Assembly: GCA_964474445.1 (NCBI GenBank) | Contig: CAYYSJ010000001.1 | Location: 78,530 to 142,529, forward strand | Source: an uncultured Gammaproteobacteria bacterium | GTDB lineage: Bacteria > Patescibacteriota > Microgenomatia > Levybacterales > UBA12049 | Direction of reading: 5' to 3' | Length of the DNA stretch: 64,000 nucleotides | Shown: positions 1 through 9,741 of the stretch, one piece after another | How the letters are laid out: the number at the start of each line of letters is the position of its first letter | How positions within the stretch are numbered: the first letter of the stretch is position 1 | Translations under genes and position numbers: made by a program | Notes under the pieces: model-generated | Seen by the model: only the letters and a program-made list of their open reading frames with translations | Told to the model about the DNA's origin: nothing | Databases searched by the model: none

Positions 1-91
1 GACAGGACTTCCTGTTTTAAGAAAAAAGTCATCGTAGAGATAAAGCAAGCGGCCAGATGACAAGATAGGAGTTGGATGATATACTCATGTG

Positions 92-1303
92 ATGAGCAGT
101 GTCGCTTTATCTTCCCGAGGGAAAAACGCACCCGCCTCCCCTATTCGGAAATTGATCCCCTTTGCAGAAAAAGCAAAAGCAGAAGGTGTAAAAGTCTATC
201 ATTTAAATATTGGTGATCCTGATTTTGAAGCTCCACAGGAAATTCGTGATACGTTAAAAGCTATAGCGGCAAAAACAACACATATCCCCTACTCCCATTC
301 GAAAGGTGATAAAGATATGTTGGCATCATGGAGTACATACTTCTCCCAGATTGGAATTTCTGTGTCTTCTGAGGACATTGTAGTTACCAGTGGTGGAAGT
401 GAAGGACTTATTCTTACTGCATCAGTGATTATGGATGTTGGAGATGAATTCCTCGTTATGGAACCGTACTATGCAAACTATAAAGGATTTGCAAATTTAC
501 TTGGTTTAGGAATAGCCACGGTGGCACTTGATCGTTCCAAAGGATACCACCTCCCAACTGATGAGGACATAGAACGTGCAATTACACCAAAAACAAAAGC
601 AATCTTCTTCACAAATCCTAATAATCCAACAGGAACAGTCTTTACCAAAGAAGAAATAGAAAGAGTGTTAGCGATTGCAGAAAAGTATAACTTGTTTGTT
701 GTGAGTGATGAAACATATAGAGGTATGGCATTTGAGGGAAAAGAAAGCTTGTCTGTCCTGCATGTTGCAACAGATAGCCAAAAAGACCACATTATTGTTG
801 TTGATAGTCTTTCGAAAAGGCTTAATGTATGTGGTGCACGTATTGGTGCCATTATCTCCTACAATTCAGACATGATTGATGCTGTATATCGTACTGCTCA
901 AGCACGCCTGTCTGTTGCACTGATTGAGCAACAAATGGTAACACCAATGCTTTCTCATTCGCTTTCCTATGTTGCAGAATTGGCAAAACAGTATCAAGGG
1001 AGACGAGATGCATTTATCAATGCGCTTGAAAAAGAGTTAGGAATAACACTTCATCGTCCAGAAGGTGCATTTTATATTATGCTTCCCTTGCCAGTTGATG
1101 ATGCAGAGCATTTTGCAACATGGCTTTTAACAGATTTTCGAGACAACAACGAAACTGTTATGGTTGCACCAGGTGCAGGATTTTATGCAACCGAGGGGAA
1201 AGGGAAAAACGAAGTACGAGTTGCCTATGTTCTGAATGAAAACGATTTAGCGCGAGCTGCAGAAATTTTAGGAAAAGCAGTTAAGCAATATAATCAAAGA
1301 TAA
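92..1303 (+). CDS. PLP-dependent class I/II aminotransferase (aspartate aminotransferase-like)
   Basis: LNIGDPD, NPNNPTG, DETY, SLSK(R) PLP lysine region; ATG 92 lies 6 nt after TATACT (80-85). Confidence 0.92.
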   Translation: MSSVALSSRGKNAPASPIRKLIPFAEKAKAEGVKVYHLNIGDPDFEAPQEIRDTLKAIAAKTTHIPYSHSKGDKDMLASWSTYFSQIGISVSSEDIVVTSGGSEGLILTASVIMDVGDEFLVMEPYYANYKGFANLLGLGIATVALDRSKGYHLPTDEDIERAITPKTKAIFFTNPNNPTGTVFTKEEIERVLAIAEKYNLFVVSDETYRGMAFEGKESLSVLHVATDSQKDHIIVVDSLSKRLNVCGARIGAIISYNSDMIDAVYRTAQARLSVALIEQQMVTPMLSHSLSYVAELAKQYQGRRDAFINALEKELGITLHRPEGAFYIMLPLPVDDAEHFATWLLTDFRDNNETVMVAPGAGFYATEGKGKNEVRVAYVLNENDLARAAEILGKAVKQYNQR

Positions 1304-1308
1304 TCTTT

Positions 1309-2277
1309 TTACTTTTTCTCTACGTGTTCTATAAGAAATTTTTTCAATATATCTACGCTATCAGCATCATACAGTGATATGGGAAACACACTCTTTTTCG
1401 TTTTCTTCAGTTCTTTGATTTTTTTTGCTGCATCTTCTTTACTCACTAAGTCTGTTTTTGTCAGAAGAACAATTTCAGGCTTTTTTAAAAGTTGTGCATT
1501 ATACTCTTTTAACTCTGCGCGAATCGTCTGGTAAACACTATAGACATCATCATTTTCAACAGAGATACAATGGACAAGTACTTGCGTTTTCTCAACATGT
1601 CGCAAGAATTGAATTCCAAGTCCACGTCCTTCGTGTGCTCCTTCGATAAGTCCTGGAATATCGGCTAACGTTGTAGTCTCAAGCATACCGATATTTGGCT
1701 CAAGGGTTGTGAATGGATAATTACCAATCTTTGGGTGAGCATTTGTGAGTATTGCCAAAAGTGAACTTTTTCCAGCGTTTGGAAGACCAATAAATCCAAC
1801 ATCGGCAATCAGTTTGAGTTCAAGATGAAATTCTTTTACCTCACCTGGTGTTCCTTGTTCAGCATAGTGAGGAGCTTGGTCTGTTGGGGTTTTAAACTCA
1901 TTATTCCCCCTTCCTCCTTTTCCTCCTTTTGCAACTAAGATTTTGTCTTCTTCACTTACTATCTCAAATTGCTCACCGCTTTCGTTATTGGTAACAAGGG
2001 TACCAATAGGAAGTTTTACAATAAGATCTTTTCCATTTTTCCCAAATAAGTTTTTCTTGCCTCCTGGGATGCCATCTTCTGCTTTTACTTCTTTTCGAAA
2101 TTGAAAATTCCTTAATCCTAAAATATCATCAATTCCCTGCAGGTACACATTTCCTCCATTACCCCCATTTCCTCCGTCTGGACCTCCCTTATAGTTTTTG
2201 GGCAAATGCCGGAAAGACACTTTTCCATCTCCCCCCTTGCCTGCTTTAATAGTAATCGTCACTGTATCAATCAACAT
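1309..2277 (-). CDS. obg: Obg family GTPase ObgE/CgtA
   Basis: Gly-rich Obg fold (GKGGDG, GGPDGGNGGNGG), GLPNAGKSS, YPFTT, DIPG, TKTD; start revised to MLIDTV (2277), 6 nt after TGGTACAAT. Confidence 0.96.
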   Translation of the reverse strand: MLIDTVTITIKAGKGGDGKVSFRHLPKNYKGGPDGGNGGNGGNVYLQGIDDILGLRNFQFRKEVKAEDGIPGGKKNLFGKNGKDLIVKLPIGTLVTNNESGEQFEIVSEEDKILVAKGGKGGRGNNEFKTPTDQAPHYAEQGTPGEVKEFHLELKLIADVGFIGLPNAGKSSLLAILTNAHPKIGNYPFTTLEPNIGMLETTTLADIPGLIEGAHEGRGLGIQFLRHVEKTQVLVHCISVENDDVYSVYQTIRAELKEYNAQLLKKPEIVLLTKTDLVSKEDAAKKIKELKKTKKSVFPISLYDADSVDILKKFLIEHVEKK

Positions 2278-2335
2278 ATCTGCATTGTACCATACCTGAT
2301 GCGTGATAAATGAAGGTTTTTGATACAATAATAGA

Positions 2336-3304
2336 ATGAAGGGGTGGCTTACCTATTTCACGACGCTTTCTTGTCTAACTGCTCTTCTATGTATTGGTAT
2401 ATGGCTTTATCAACCACTTCTTATTCCCTTTCAGTCAGTACTCTCCTTTCCTATTCCGGTAGTTTTTGCATTACCAAACAATCATCAAGTTGCGACACTT
2501 GATTTATGGGAGCCTGGAAAACAAGTAACAAATATAACGGGTTCACAAGCTCCTCAAATCTCGGCATCTGCAGCATTAAGTTATGACTTAACAACAAACA
2601 CTTACCTTTTTGCAAAGGATGTACAGAAACGGCTTCCCATGGCTTCCCTCACCAAAATAATGACAGCAGTTATTGGGCTGGAGCATCTGAAAAATGATGA
2701 TCAATATATTGTCCGATCACAAAGTCTCGTAGGAAATAATGCAATGGGAGTTACCCCAGGGGAAGTGCTTGATCATACAGAGCTGCTGTATGGGCTTGTT
2801 TTGCCTTCTGGCAATGATGCCGCAGAAGTCTTTGCAGATAATTTCCCTGGTGGACGGGAAAAATTTATTGCTGCCATGAATGAAAAAGTAGCGGCGTTAG
2901 GCCTTTCTGACACCCACTACACGAATCCTTCAGGACTTGAAGGAGATGGAAATCAATATACAACTGCGTATGATTTGCTTGTCATCACTCGATATGCCCT
3001 TTCTCACTTTCCACTGTTTCGTACCGTTGTTGCAACATATACAACAGATGTACCTGCAACGGCTACTCACAAAGAATTTTACCTTACTAACGAGACAAAT
3101 CTTTTATCTAGTTATCCAGGTGTAAAGGGAGTAAAGGATGGCTATACTCCTGAGGCAGGATTATGTCTTGTAACCTATCTTGATTATGGAGGACATAAGG
3201 TTATTTCAGTTCTTTTAGGGAGCGATGATAGACGAGGTGAAATGAAAGAGATTTTGGATTATTCATTGAAAAAGCTTGGTATCAAACCACCTCTTCATGG
3301 ATAA
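2336..3304 (+). CDS. D-alanyl-D-alanine carboxypeptidase (peptidase S11)
   Basis: N-terminal TM; SLTK, SGN and KDG penicillin-binding motifs; NPSGL. Confidence 0.92.
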   Translation: MKGWLTYFTTLSCLTALLCIGIWLYQPLLIPFQSVLSFPIPVVFALPNNHQVATLDLWEPGKQVTNITGSQAPQISASAALSYDLTTNTYLFAKDVQKRLPMASLTKIMTAVIGLEHLKNDDQYIVRSQSLVGNNAMGVTPGEVLDHTELLYGLVLPSGNDAAEVFADNFPGGREKFIAAMNEKVAALGLSDTHYTNPSGLEGDGNQYTTAYDLLVITRYALSHFPLFRTVVATYTTDVPATATHKEFYLTNETNLLSSYPGVKGVKDGYTPEAGLCLVTYLDYGGHKVISVLLGSDDRRGEMKEILDYSLKKLGIKPPLHG

Positions 3305-3363
3305 CATGACTTTCCTCATTTTGTATTGATCGCAAAAGCAATTTAAGGTACAATATACTCTAC

Positions 3364-3446
3364 GCCGCGGTGGTGGAATGGTATACACGAAGGCCTTAAG
3401 AGCCTTTGTCAGCAATGGCATGCGAGTCCGAGTCTCGCCCGCGGTA
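3364..3446 (+). tRNA. tRNA-Leu(TAA)
   Basis: Acceptor GCCGCGG/CCGCGGT, anticodon arm AAGGC-CTTAAGA-GCCTT, long variable arm, T-arm GCGAG-TCCGAGT-CTCGC; no encoded CCA. Confidence 0.92.
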
Positions 3447-3520
3447 CTTTGTCCTTCTAGGTGGACAATATAAAACTAAAAATGAAAAAGTAAAGTTTAA
3501 AATTTTTAGTTTTTGCAGAA

Positions 3521-3594
3521 CGGGGAGTAGCTCAGTTGGCTAGAGCGCGCGGTTTGGGACCGTGAGGTCGGAGGTTCAAGTCCTCTCTCCCCGA
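3521..3594 (+). tRNA. tRNA-Pro(TGG)
   Basis: CGGGGAG/CTCCCCG acceptor, CGCGG-TTTGGGA-CCGTG anticodon arm, GGTTCAAGTCC T-arm. Confidence 0.96.
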
Positions 3595-3606
3595 CAAAAG
3601 AAGCCG

Positions 3607-4179
3607 TTAATTTTTCTTGATTTGCTTCCAGAGAAAAACTCCTAAAAGAATAAGATCAATAAAGCCAACAAGCGAGAAAAGGAATGTAAACACACCAAAT
3701 GCTCCAAGTCCATTCCAACCCATTATAGAACTTGTCCCTCCCCAATTTCCCATCATACCTTCTACACCTCCCTGTCCGTTTGAATAACAACCAGTAGCAT
3801 TTTTAGCAAGACGAATGTGCATTTGCTCCTCACCATTTTCTCCCATCAGTTGTTTCATAGCGTTATTCATTTGTATATGAGCATTAGTATTCCCGCCAAA
3901 ACTCTGATTCATCAGATACTCTCCAATTTTTTCGAAATCATCGTCTCTGAAATTTGTGCAGGAAACTTGTTTATTCTGGAGTTTTGTAAAAAGGTCTTTA
4001 CCTGTTTGAATATCTTGCAAATCTTGCTGTGTTGGGGTAATTGTTGGAGTTCCAGACAATCCTTGCATCATGGGAATTCCAGTAGAATCCATCATTTGTG
4101 CGTTACTTTTCCCAACAACAAGAAATAAGCAGAAAATACCTGCTAGAAGAAAAGTGCTTAGATATTTTTTCACTGACAT
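3607..4179 (-). CDS. Met/His-rich exported membrane protein, last gene of copper operon
   Basis: Signal/TM at N-terminus, C-terminal TM, MM pairs, HIQM and QMH motifs, two Cys; start MSVKKY (4179) abuts the upstream stop. Confidence 0.7.
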   Translation of the reverse strand: MSVKKYLSTFLLAGIFCLFLVVGKSNAQMMDSTGIPMMQGLSGTPTITPTQQDLQDIQTGKDLFTKLQNKQVSCTNFRDDDFEKIGEYLMNQSFGGNTNAHIQMNNAMKQLMGENGEEQMHIRLAKNATGCYSNGQGGVEGMMGNWGGTSSIMGWNGLGAFGVFTFLFSLVGFIDLILLGVFLWKQIKKN

Positions 4180-4180
4180 A

Positions 4181-4402
4181 CTAATTTTTGACTGGCTGAG
4201 CAGTGTACCCAACCTTCTGTATAATAGACACTATCTTTTCTTCAGTCAATTTGTCAGTGTCAAAGGTCACTTCTGCTACTGCTTTTGCATAATGAGTATT
4301 TGATTGTTTTACCCCATCTATTTCTTCCAAAGCGTCATCTACCTCAAGCGTACAAGCCGTACAGTGCATTCCTGATATTTTGAATTTTTGTTTTGTTATC
4401 AT
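4181..4402 (-). CDS. Heavy-metal-associated (HMA) domain chaperone, CopZ-like
   Basis: 73 aa, GMHCTAC metal-binding motif. Confidence 0.9.
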   Translation of the reverse strand: MITKQKFKISGMHCTACTLEVDDALEEIDGVKQSNTHYAKAVAEVTFDTDKLTEEKIVSIIQKVGYTAQPVKN

Positions 4403-5433
4403 ATTACAACGTGCATAACTCCTCTATACATTCCCATACTACACATAAAAGGAATATCTTCTACTTGTTGTGGAGCTGTAAAAGCAATGGTAGCTGATGC
4501 TCCAAGAGGAACAACTTTTTGAATACCAAGACTTGGGATAGTAAATGATTGAGTACAACCCTGCCCACCAGTGTTTTTCAAATGGATAGTTATTGGTGAG
4601 CCTGCTTTAATGGTGAAATTATTTGGGTTGTACCCTGTTGCTGCAATGTCTATGCTTGCATCCTGTACAGGTGTACTATATGCATTACCTCCTATTGGAC
4701 CACAGATAGCAAAAACACACCAAAATCCTTTAGCCATATTCTCTATTGTCCATGAACTCCCTGTAAGGGCTACTGCATTATTAATATTAAAAATTGCCAA
4801 TAAAATAATGGCAATCGCAGCCAACTTCATAAAGCCTTGCTGAAACATATCACCAAGTTTTGTTGCAAAATAGCCGAGAACAAAAAATACAGGTGATGTC
4901 CCTAATACAAAAGCAAAGAGAATTGCTGCTCCAAGAAGAGGTTTGCCTGATGCAATGGCAAGTGCCATCATTGCTTGGGTTGTTCCACAAGGAATAAAGA
5001 CAGTGAATGCACCAAGAAGTGCTGGAGCGAACATAGTCTGGCTTTTGGATTGTTTTCTTATCAATCGAGTCAAAAAATGGGGAGGTTGAATAATAAAGTA
5101 GCGAAAGATGGGGTGAACATCAAGAATATTAAAAGCTGTACCAATCATAAATACTGCAACAGCAACTTGCAAAATAATTCGAGTACTCAGAGACAGTTGA
5201 AAGAAAGAGCCAAGTCCACCAAGCAGAAAGCCAAGAAGTGTATAGGCGGTAAGTTTCGTTACAAGGAATGCAAGAATAGGAAATGCATTCCCACCTTTAG
5301 TTTTTTCCTGGAGACGTTCCTCTTCTGCTTGAGCAAGAGTAGCTGCTAAAAGTCCTCCCTGTACTGCCATACACGTTAATCCTCCTGCTAATAACCCTGT
5401 GAGAAAAATGGCAAGTAAGTTAATGTTTCCCAT
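4399..5433 (-). CDS. DsbD_2/TauE-SafE-like membrane protein with C-terminal cupredoxin-like domain
   Basis: TCMAVQGG and FIPCGTTQ Cys motifs in TM domain; C-terminal CSMGMYRG. Confidence 0.82.
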   Translation of the reverse strand: MGNINLLAIFLTGLLAGGLTCMAVQGGLLAATLAQAEEERLQEKTKGGNAFPILAFLVTKLTAYTLLGFLLGGLGSFFQLSLSTRIILQVAVAVFMIGTAFNILDVHPIFRYFIIQPPHFLTRLIRKQSKSQTMFAPALLGAFTVFIPCGTTQAMMALAIASGKPLLGAAILFAFVLGTSPVFFVLGYFATKLGDMFQQGFMKLAAIAIILLAIFNINNAVALTGSSWTIENMAKGFWCVFAICGPIGGNAYSTPVQDASIDIAATGYNPNNFTIKAGSPITIHLKNTGGQGCTQSFTIPSLGIQKVVPLGASATIAFTAPQQVEDIPFMCSMGMYRGVMHVVI

Positions 5434-5436
5434 AAT

Positions 5437-6600
5437 TTATACTTTACAACAATCCTCCATATCTTCTGGATCCATTTCCATCATTTTAAGCATTGCTGGT
5501 CCACCTGTTCGAAGAAATCGTATTGTTAAGATAACAGCTAAAATTGAGAAAATAATATTAAGCACACTTGTATAATTCCAAGAAATACCAGAGTTTATCA
5601 TGACAACATTTCTATTTGTTGGAATAATATGAAGATGAGAAAAAATAAATTCAATGATGTATCCTGCTGCTGCCATAGTGATATAAAAACTAACTAAGAT
5701 ATATGCCATCATCTTAAAACTATAGTATTTTCTGTAAATATTAAGAATTGGCAAGACAATAAGGTCTGCAAATATAAAGCTCACAACTCCTCCAAAACTA
5801 ATACCACCCTTCCATAACACTGCTGCAAGTGGGACGTTCCCAACAGAACATACAAAAGAAAGCATAGCTACAAGAGGTCCAACAAGTGGTCCTTCTATGT
5901 ATGCGAGTGTTGGATTATTCGTAAAGAAAAATGCTTGCCAAAAAGGCTCTGGTACAAATACGGCAAGTACTCCTGCAATACCAAAGCCAATCAGAATATC
6001 AATCCAGATGGAGGCAATATCCATAATGAAATAATGACTTATTGTGGTAAATCCTTTTTTACTAACAAGTCTTGACCAAAGACTACCTTCTGTCAGGCTC
6101 ATATTCATATCAGCATGTCCCTCCATTTTGCCAATCAAGCCTTTTTCTGCTTGTCGTCTTGCTTCCTTGACAAGTTTTCTTGAGAGAGTAAAGCGGAAAA
6201 TAAGAGCAAGAAGAATAACCATAATAATTCCCCCAAGAAATTCTGCACTAACAAATTGCCAACCCATAAATACCCACAGAATAACTCCTAATTCTATGAC
6301 TAAATTTGTAGAGGACAATTCAAAAACCATTGCATTTGTAAAGCTTGCACCTTTGCGAAAAATAGAACGAGCTAGGGCAATAGCAGCATAAGAACAAGAA
6401 CTTGAGGCAATTCCAAAAAGAGTTGCTAGGGTAACACTTCTAGGTGAATCGTCCCCAAGTGTTTCTGCCATTTTTGCATGAGAAACAACTGCCTGGACGA
6501 TACCAGAAAGAGCAAAGCCTAATATAAGAGGCCATAAAACGTCCCACAACATATAAAAGGACATAAGAAGTGATGTAAGAATGTTATGGAATAAATTCAT
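5437..6600 (-). CDS. Permease of DUF318/ArsP family (metal efflux)
   Basis: SSSCSY and FVCSVGNVPLA motifs, multiple TM segments, C-terminal CC. Confidence 0.85.
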   Translation of the reverse strand: MNLFHNILTSLLMSFYMLWDVLWPLILGFALSGIVQAVVSHAKMAETLGDDSPRSVTLATLFGIASSSCSYAAIALARSIFRKGASFTNAMVFELSSTNLVIELGVILWVFMGWQFVSAEFLGGIIMVILLALIFRFTLSRKLVKEARRQAEKGLIGKMEGHADMNMSLTEGSLWSRLVSKKGFTTISHYFIMDIASIWIDILIGFGIAGVLAVFVPEPFWQAFFFTNNPTLAYIEGPLVGPLVAMLSFVCSVGNVPLAAVLWKGGISFGGVVSFIFADLIVLPILNIYRKYYSFKMMAYILVSFYITMAAAGYIIEFIFSHLHIIPTNRNVVMINSGISWNYTSVLNIIFSILAVILTIRFLRTGGPAMLKMMEMDPEDMEDCCKV

Positions 6601-6869
6601 TTATTTTTTTTGAATACAGTCATGATTTCTTCAATTGCTTCGTCGGTTTTACCTTTTTTCATCTTCTCAGAAGCACAAGTTCGTAAATGATGTTCAAGAA
6701 GTACATTGGCTGTTTCTTCAAGTCCACTATCTACAGCATTTAATTGTTGCAAGACATCTATGCAGTAAGTGTCGTTTTCAACCATCTTAATAACTTTCTC
6801 TAAATGTCCTTTAGCTATTTTAAGACGGTGTAGTATTCGTTCTTGTGTATCTTTTGGTCTATATGCCAT
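6597..6869 (-). CDS. csoR: CsoR/RcnR family metal-sensing repressor (Cu-type C-H-C)
   Basis: RLKIAKGHL, YCIDVL, HHLRTC. Confidence 0.88.
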   Translation of the reverse strand: MAYRPKDTQERILHRLKIAKGHLEKVIKMVENDTYCIDVLQQLNAVDSGLEETANVLLEHHLRTCASEKMKKGKTDEAIEEIMTVFKKNK

Positions 6870-6893
6870 ATTTTAATCCTGAGTTTATCGAAG

Positions 6894-6943
6894 AATATCC
6901 TCCCCTAGAGGATATTATTAAATAATCAATATGGTCGTGTCAA
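6894..6943 (-). promoter_or_regulatory. CsoR-type operator overlapping sigma70-type promoter
   Basis: Inverted repeat AATATCCTC-CCCTA-GAGGATATT (6894-6916) with a C-tract; TTGACA on minus strand at 6943-6938. Confidence 0.75.
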
Positions 6944-7108
6944 TACTTAATAAATGTAATCAGTGGCTAAAGTGTACGATGAATCTTTTAATTGATGTAT
7001 TTGCTCATCAAATTTAACTGGATTCCAATGTTGGAGGATGAATGCAACTAGCGGTTCAATATCTATCGCTTGTTCGCGATAAACTAAAGGCAGTTACTAA
7101 CCTATCTA

Positions 7109-7483
7109 TTATCTTTTCTTTAAGACTTTCCCTAAGAAAAATAAAGCAAGGCCTGCGGTAATTAAACCGCCTAGCACGATTTTTGTCTTATCAATTATGG
7201 GGACAAATTCTGCATGTTCACCAAGGATACGGATATATCCAAGTGGCTTAACTCCAATGCTTACTCCAATTCCCATACCACCTTGCTGTGGTCCAGGTTG
7301 TCCTGCAGTTCCAGCCTCTTTTTGTGGATTTATGCCTCCTCCGCCTCCACCTTTGATAGAAATCGATGCAACGGGAATAAGGGTAAGACCATTTTGTTTG
7401 ATAGGATCTCCTAAAATTGCCTTTATATTTGCACTCTTCTGAATTTGATCAACAATTTTTTGTATTAGCTCATCAGGTTTCAT
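7109..7483 (-). CDS. GerW/YtfJ family protein
   Basis: GDPI..TLIPVA..GGGGG..GGMGIG..PLGY pattern; start revised to MKPDEL. Confidence 0.8.
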   Translation of the reverse strand: MKPDELIQKIVDQIQKSANIKAILGDPIKQNGLTLIPVASISIKGGGGGGINPQKEAGTAGQPGPQQGGMGIGVSIGVKPLGYIRILGEHAEFVPIIDKTKIVLGGLITAGLALFFLGKVLKKR

Positions 7484-7618
7484 AAACTCATGATACATTT
7501 GTAGTACAAATCATTTGAAAGAATTATATGTAAAAATGTTTAGAAGGATATAGAAATATAATTGGATTCTATACTCGTTTCTTATTGATATTTGATAGAA
7601 CATTGCCAAAATAAAGGC

Positions 7619-8251
7619 ATGAGAAAACAAATCCGTTATAGTCCTCAAGATAAGATAAATAACCATAGAATTTATAGTCTTTATTTGCAAATTGGTGTGG
7701 ATGACGGATGGAGTAAGAAAGATAAATGGGAAAATTTTAAAACTTTGGTTGAAATAGCAGCCTTAACCAGGACTTCCCTTCAAGGGTCGGCCATTCTGGA
7801 TGTTGGTTGTGGCACTGGAGACATGGTGCAATTTTTAGAAAATAAAAACATTAAAGAATATGTTGGAGTTGATATATTTTCTCCTGCCATAGAAAAAGCA
7901 CAACAAAAATATCCTGATCAAAAATTTATTGCAGAAGATTTCCTTCGGCTTTCACTCAAAAAGAAGTTTGATTTTGTGTTTTGCTCGGGAGCTCTCACTA
8001 CTGTCCTTGAAACAGATAATTATGAAATTCTTCAACCATGGATTAGCAAAATGTGGAAGTTAGCAAAGATAGGTGTCGCTTTTAATTTTTTGGTTGATAA
8101 TAAAGCAAATGAAGACACATTATTCTTATATGATCCAGAACGAGTGATAGGTATTTGCAAAGAGATTGCCCCAGAAGCACATATCAAAACGTTAACAACA
8201 GATGCTGGGTCTGGGAATTCTTTACAAAAAATGCACATCTTTCTTTACTAA
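7619..8251 (+). CDS. Class I SAM-dependent methyltransferase
   Basis: ILDVGCGTGD, YVGVD, FDFVFCSG. Confidence 0.88.
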   Translation: MRKQIRYSPQDKINNHRIYSLYLQIGVDDGWSKKDKWENFKTLVEIAALTRTSLQGSAILDVGCGTGDMVQFLENKNIKEYVGVDIFSPAIEKAQQKYPDQKFIAEDFLRLSLKKKFDFVFCSGALTTVLETDNYEILQPWISKMWKLAKIGVAFNFLVDNKANEDTLFLYDPERVIGICKEIAPEAHIKTLTTDAGSGNSLQKMHIFLY

Positions 8252-8337
8252 CGTTTGAGTTAGACACATTGCAGCAGTTCAAGTAATCGGTATGGTAGAC
8301 ATATCTTAAAGAATCTATACGTTTTAGAAACGTTACG

Positions 8338-8913
8338 TTATTTTTTATGGTAGATACTTGGGATGTGTTCTCTCCCATATTTTAAGGTCTTTGCTATCCA
8401 AATAAGCTCTTCAAATCCACGTTTTATTCGTCTTACATACCCTTCATCTTTTATGTTTCCATTTTCATCAAATAAGTTCTGCACTTGAGGAAAATATACG
8501 TCAGAAAATGTCACTGCCATTCCCATTTCTCGAACCGTTGGTACCAATTCTTCTATTGCTCTTGCCCCACCAAAAATGCCGTTTGATACTCCAGCAAAGG
8601 CAACTGGTTTATGGATATAGTTTTCCAGTTCAGAATCAAGCATTCTTTTCAATGTTCCTGGGAACGAATGATTATATTCCGGCGTAACAATGAAAAATCC
8701 ATCAGCTCTCTTTGTAAGATCAGAATACCTTGGATCTTTATTTTCAGGATCATTCCCATCAAAAGGGAAATGATAGTCAAGTGGATCAACCAGCTCAACA
8801 GTAATTTCATCAATCGCTTCTCCTACATGTGTTACTAAATCAGCAACTTGTTTCGACTGACGATGGGGGCGAGATGTCCCAAGTAAAATAGGTATAAACA
8901 GTTTATCAGCCAT
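8338..8913 (-). CDS. NAD(P)H-dependent FMN reductase
   Basis: LGTSR, VTPEYNHSFPGTLK, GGARA. Confidence 0.92.
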   Translation of the reverse strand: MADKLFIPILLGTSRPHRQSKQVADLVTHVGEAIDEITVELVDPLDYHFPFDGNDPENKDPRYSDLTKRADGFFIVTPEYNHSFPGTLKRMLDSELENYIHKPVAFAGVSNGIFGGARAIEELVPTVREMGMAVTFSDVYFPQVQNLFDENGNIKDEGYVRRIKRGFEELIWIAKTLKYGREHIPSIYHKK

Positions 8914-9030
8914 ATACTACCAGATACAGTTTACAGCGCTTTGCATGTGAAAGCAAATACACTTGTCTTATTCTCATTCTAAATATCCATATCCATTATG
9001 CATTGTGCCAATGCTTAATAAACCCATAAT

Positions 9031-9678
9031 ATGTTGCATATTATGTCTGAACGTATTAGTGATGCATGCAATGATGATTTTACGCATGAGTGTTGGGATG
9101 ATAAGGATAGGCGTCATCTGGCAATATTAGGAAAAAAAATTCTTTCTCAGGTATCCTGGGGGGAGCGTACACAACAGGTTGTATATTCTCAAGACAAAAA
9201 ATCAAGAGTTATTATCTTTGATTGGGATGCAATGCAATTCAGCTTACAAGAACATTCCTCTCTGTGGTTTGTGGGGTTTTTTGGAACTAAAATTGATAAT
9301 GTCACTGAGAAGACAAAAGCAATGCTTGAGGACGATGATAGAACCCTCACAAGTACCTCTCTTCGTGGAATACCAGGTCTTCTTGGCTATGCTTCCTATG
9401 AGATTCCTACTGGAGAATGGGTTAACCTTGTACTTGTTACTGATCCGTCAGTTATCAAAGCTATCTATGAGCAACCAGAACATAAGATTATTGCTTTGGA
9501 TCATTCACGGTCTTTTTACAAGAATATTCGGCTTCATAATGGAGTAACAAATGGGCTGTTAGACACGCCAGCGTCCTATACTTTTACAACGACCCGATAT
9601 ATTCAGTATCCAGAGGTTAATGCCCAACCTCAATATAGACTAAGAAGACATGGAGAAAATTTGCCAAAAGCAGCATAG
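9031..9678 (+). CDS. Hypothetical protein (possible dimeric alpha-beta barrel fold)
   Basis: 215-aa ORF; FVGFFG, GLLGYAS, WVNLVLV, H..A...S..FY..IRLH; start uncertain. Confidence 0.55.
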   Translation: MLHIMSERISDACNDDFTHECWDDKDRRHLAILGKKILSQVSWGERTQQVVYSQDKKSRVIIFDWDAMQFSLQEHSSLWFVGFFGTKIDNVTEKTKAMLEDDDRTLTSTSLRGIPGLLGYASYEIPTGEWVNLVLVTDPSVIKAIYEQPEHKIIALDHSRSFYKNIRLHNGVTNGLLDTPASYTFTTTRYIQYPEVNAQPQYRLRRHGENLPKAA

Positions 9679-9741
9679 AAAATTAGTTTGTTCCACCCCT
9701 GTCAAATTCTTGTTCAGAGTTTACAGGTGGACTCATTTGTT

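Noticed and set aside
7109-7483. Sporulation inferred from the GerW/YtfJ gene
   Set aside because: The family is widespread in non-sporulators and no other spore genes are present
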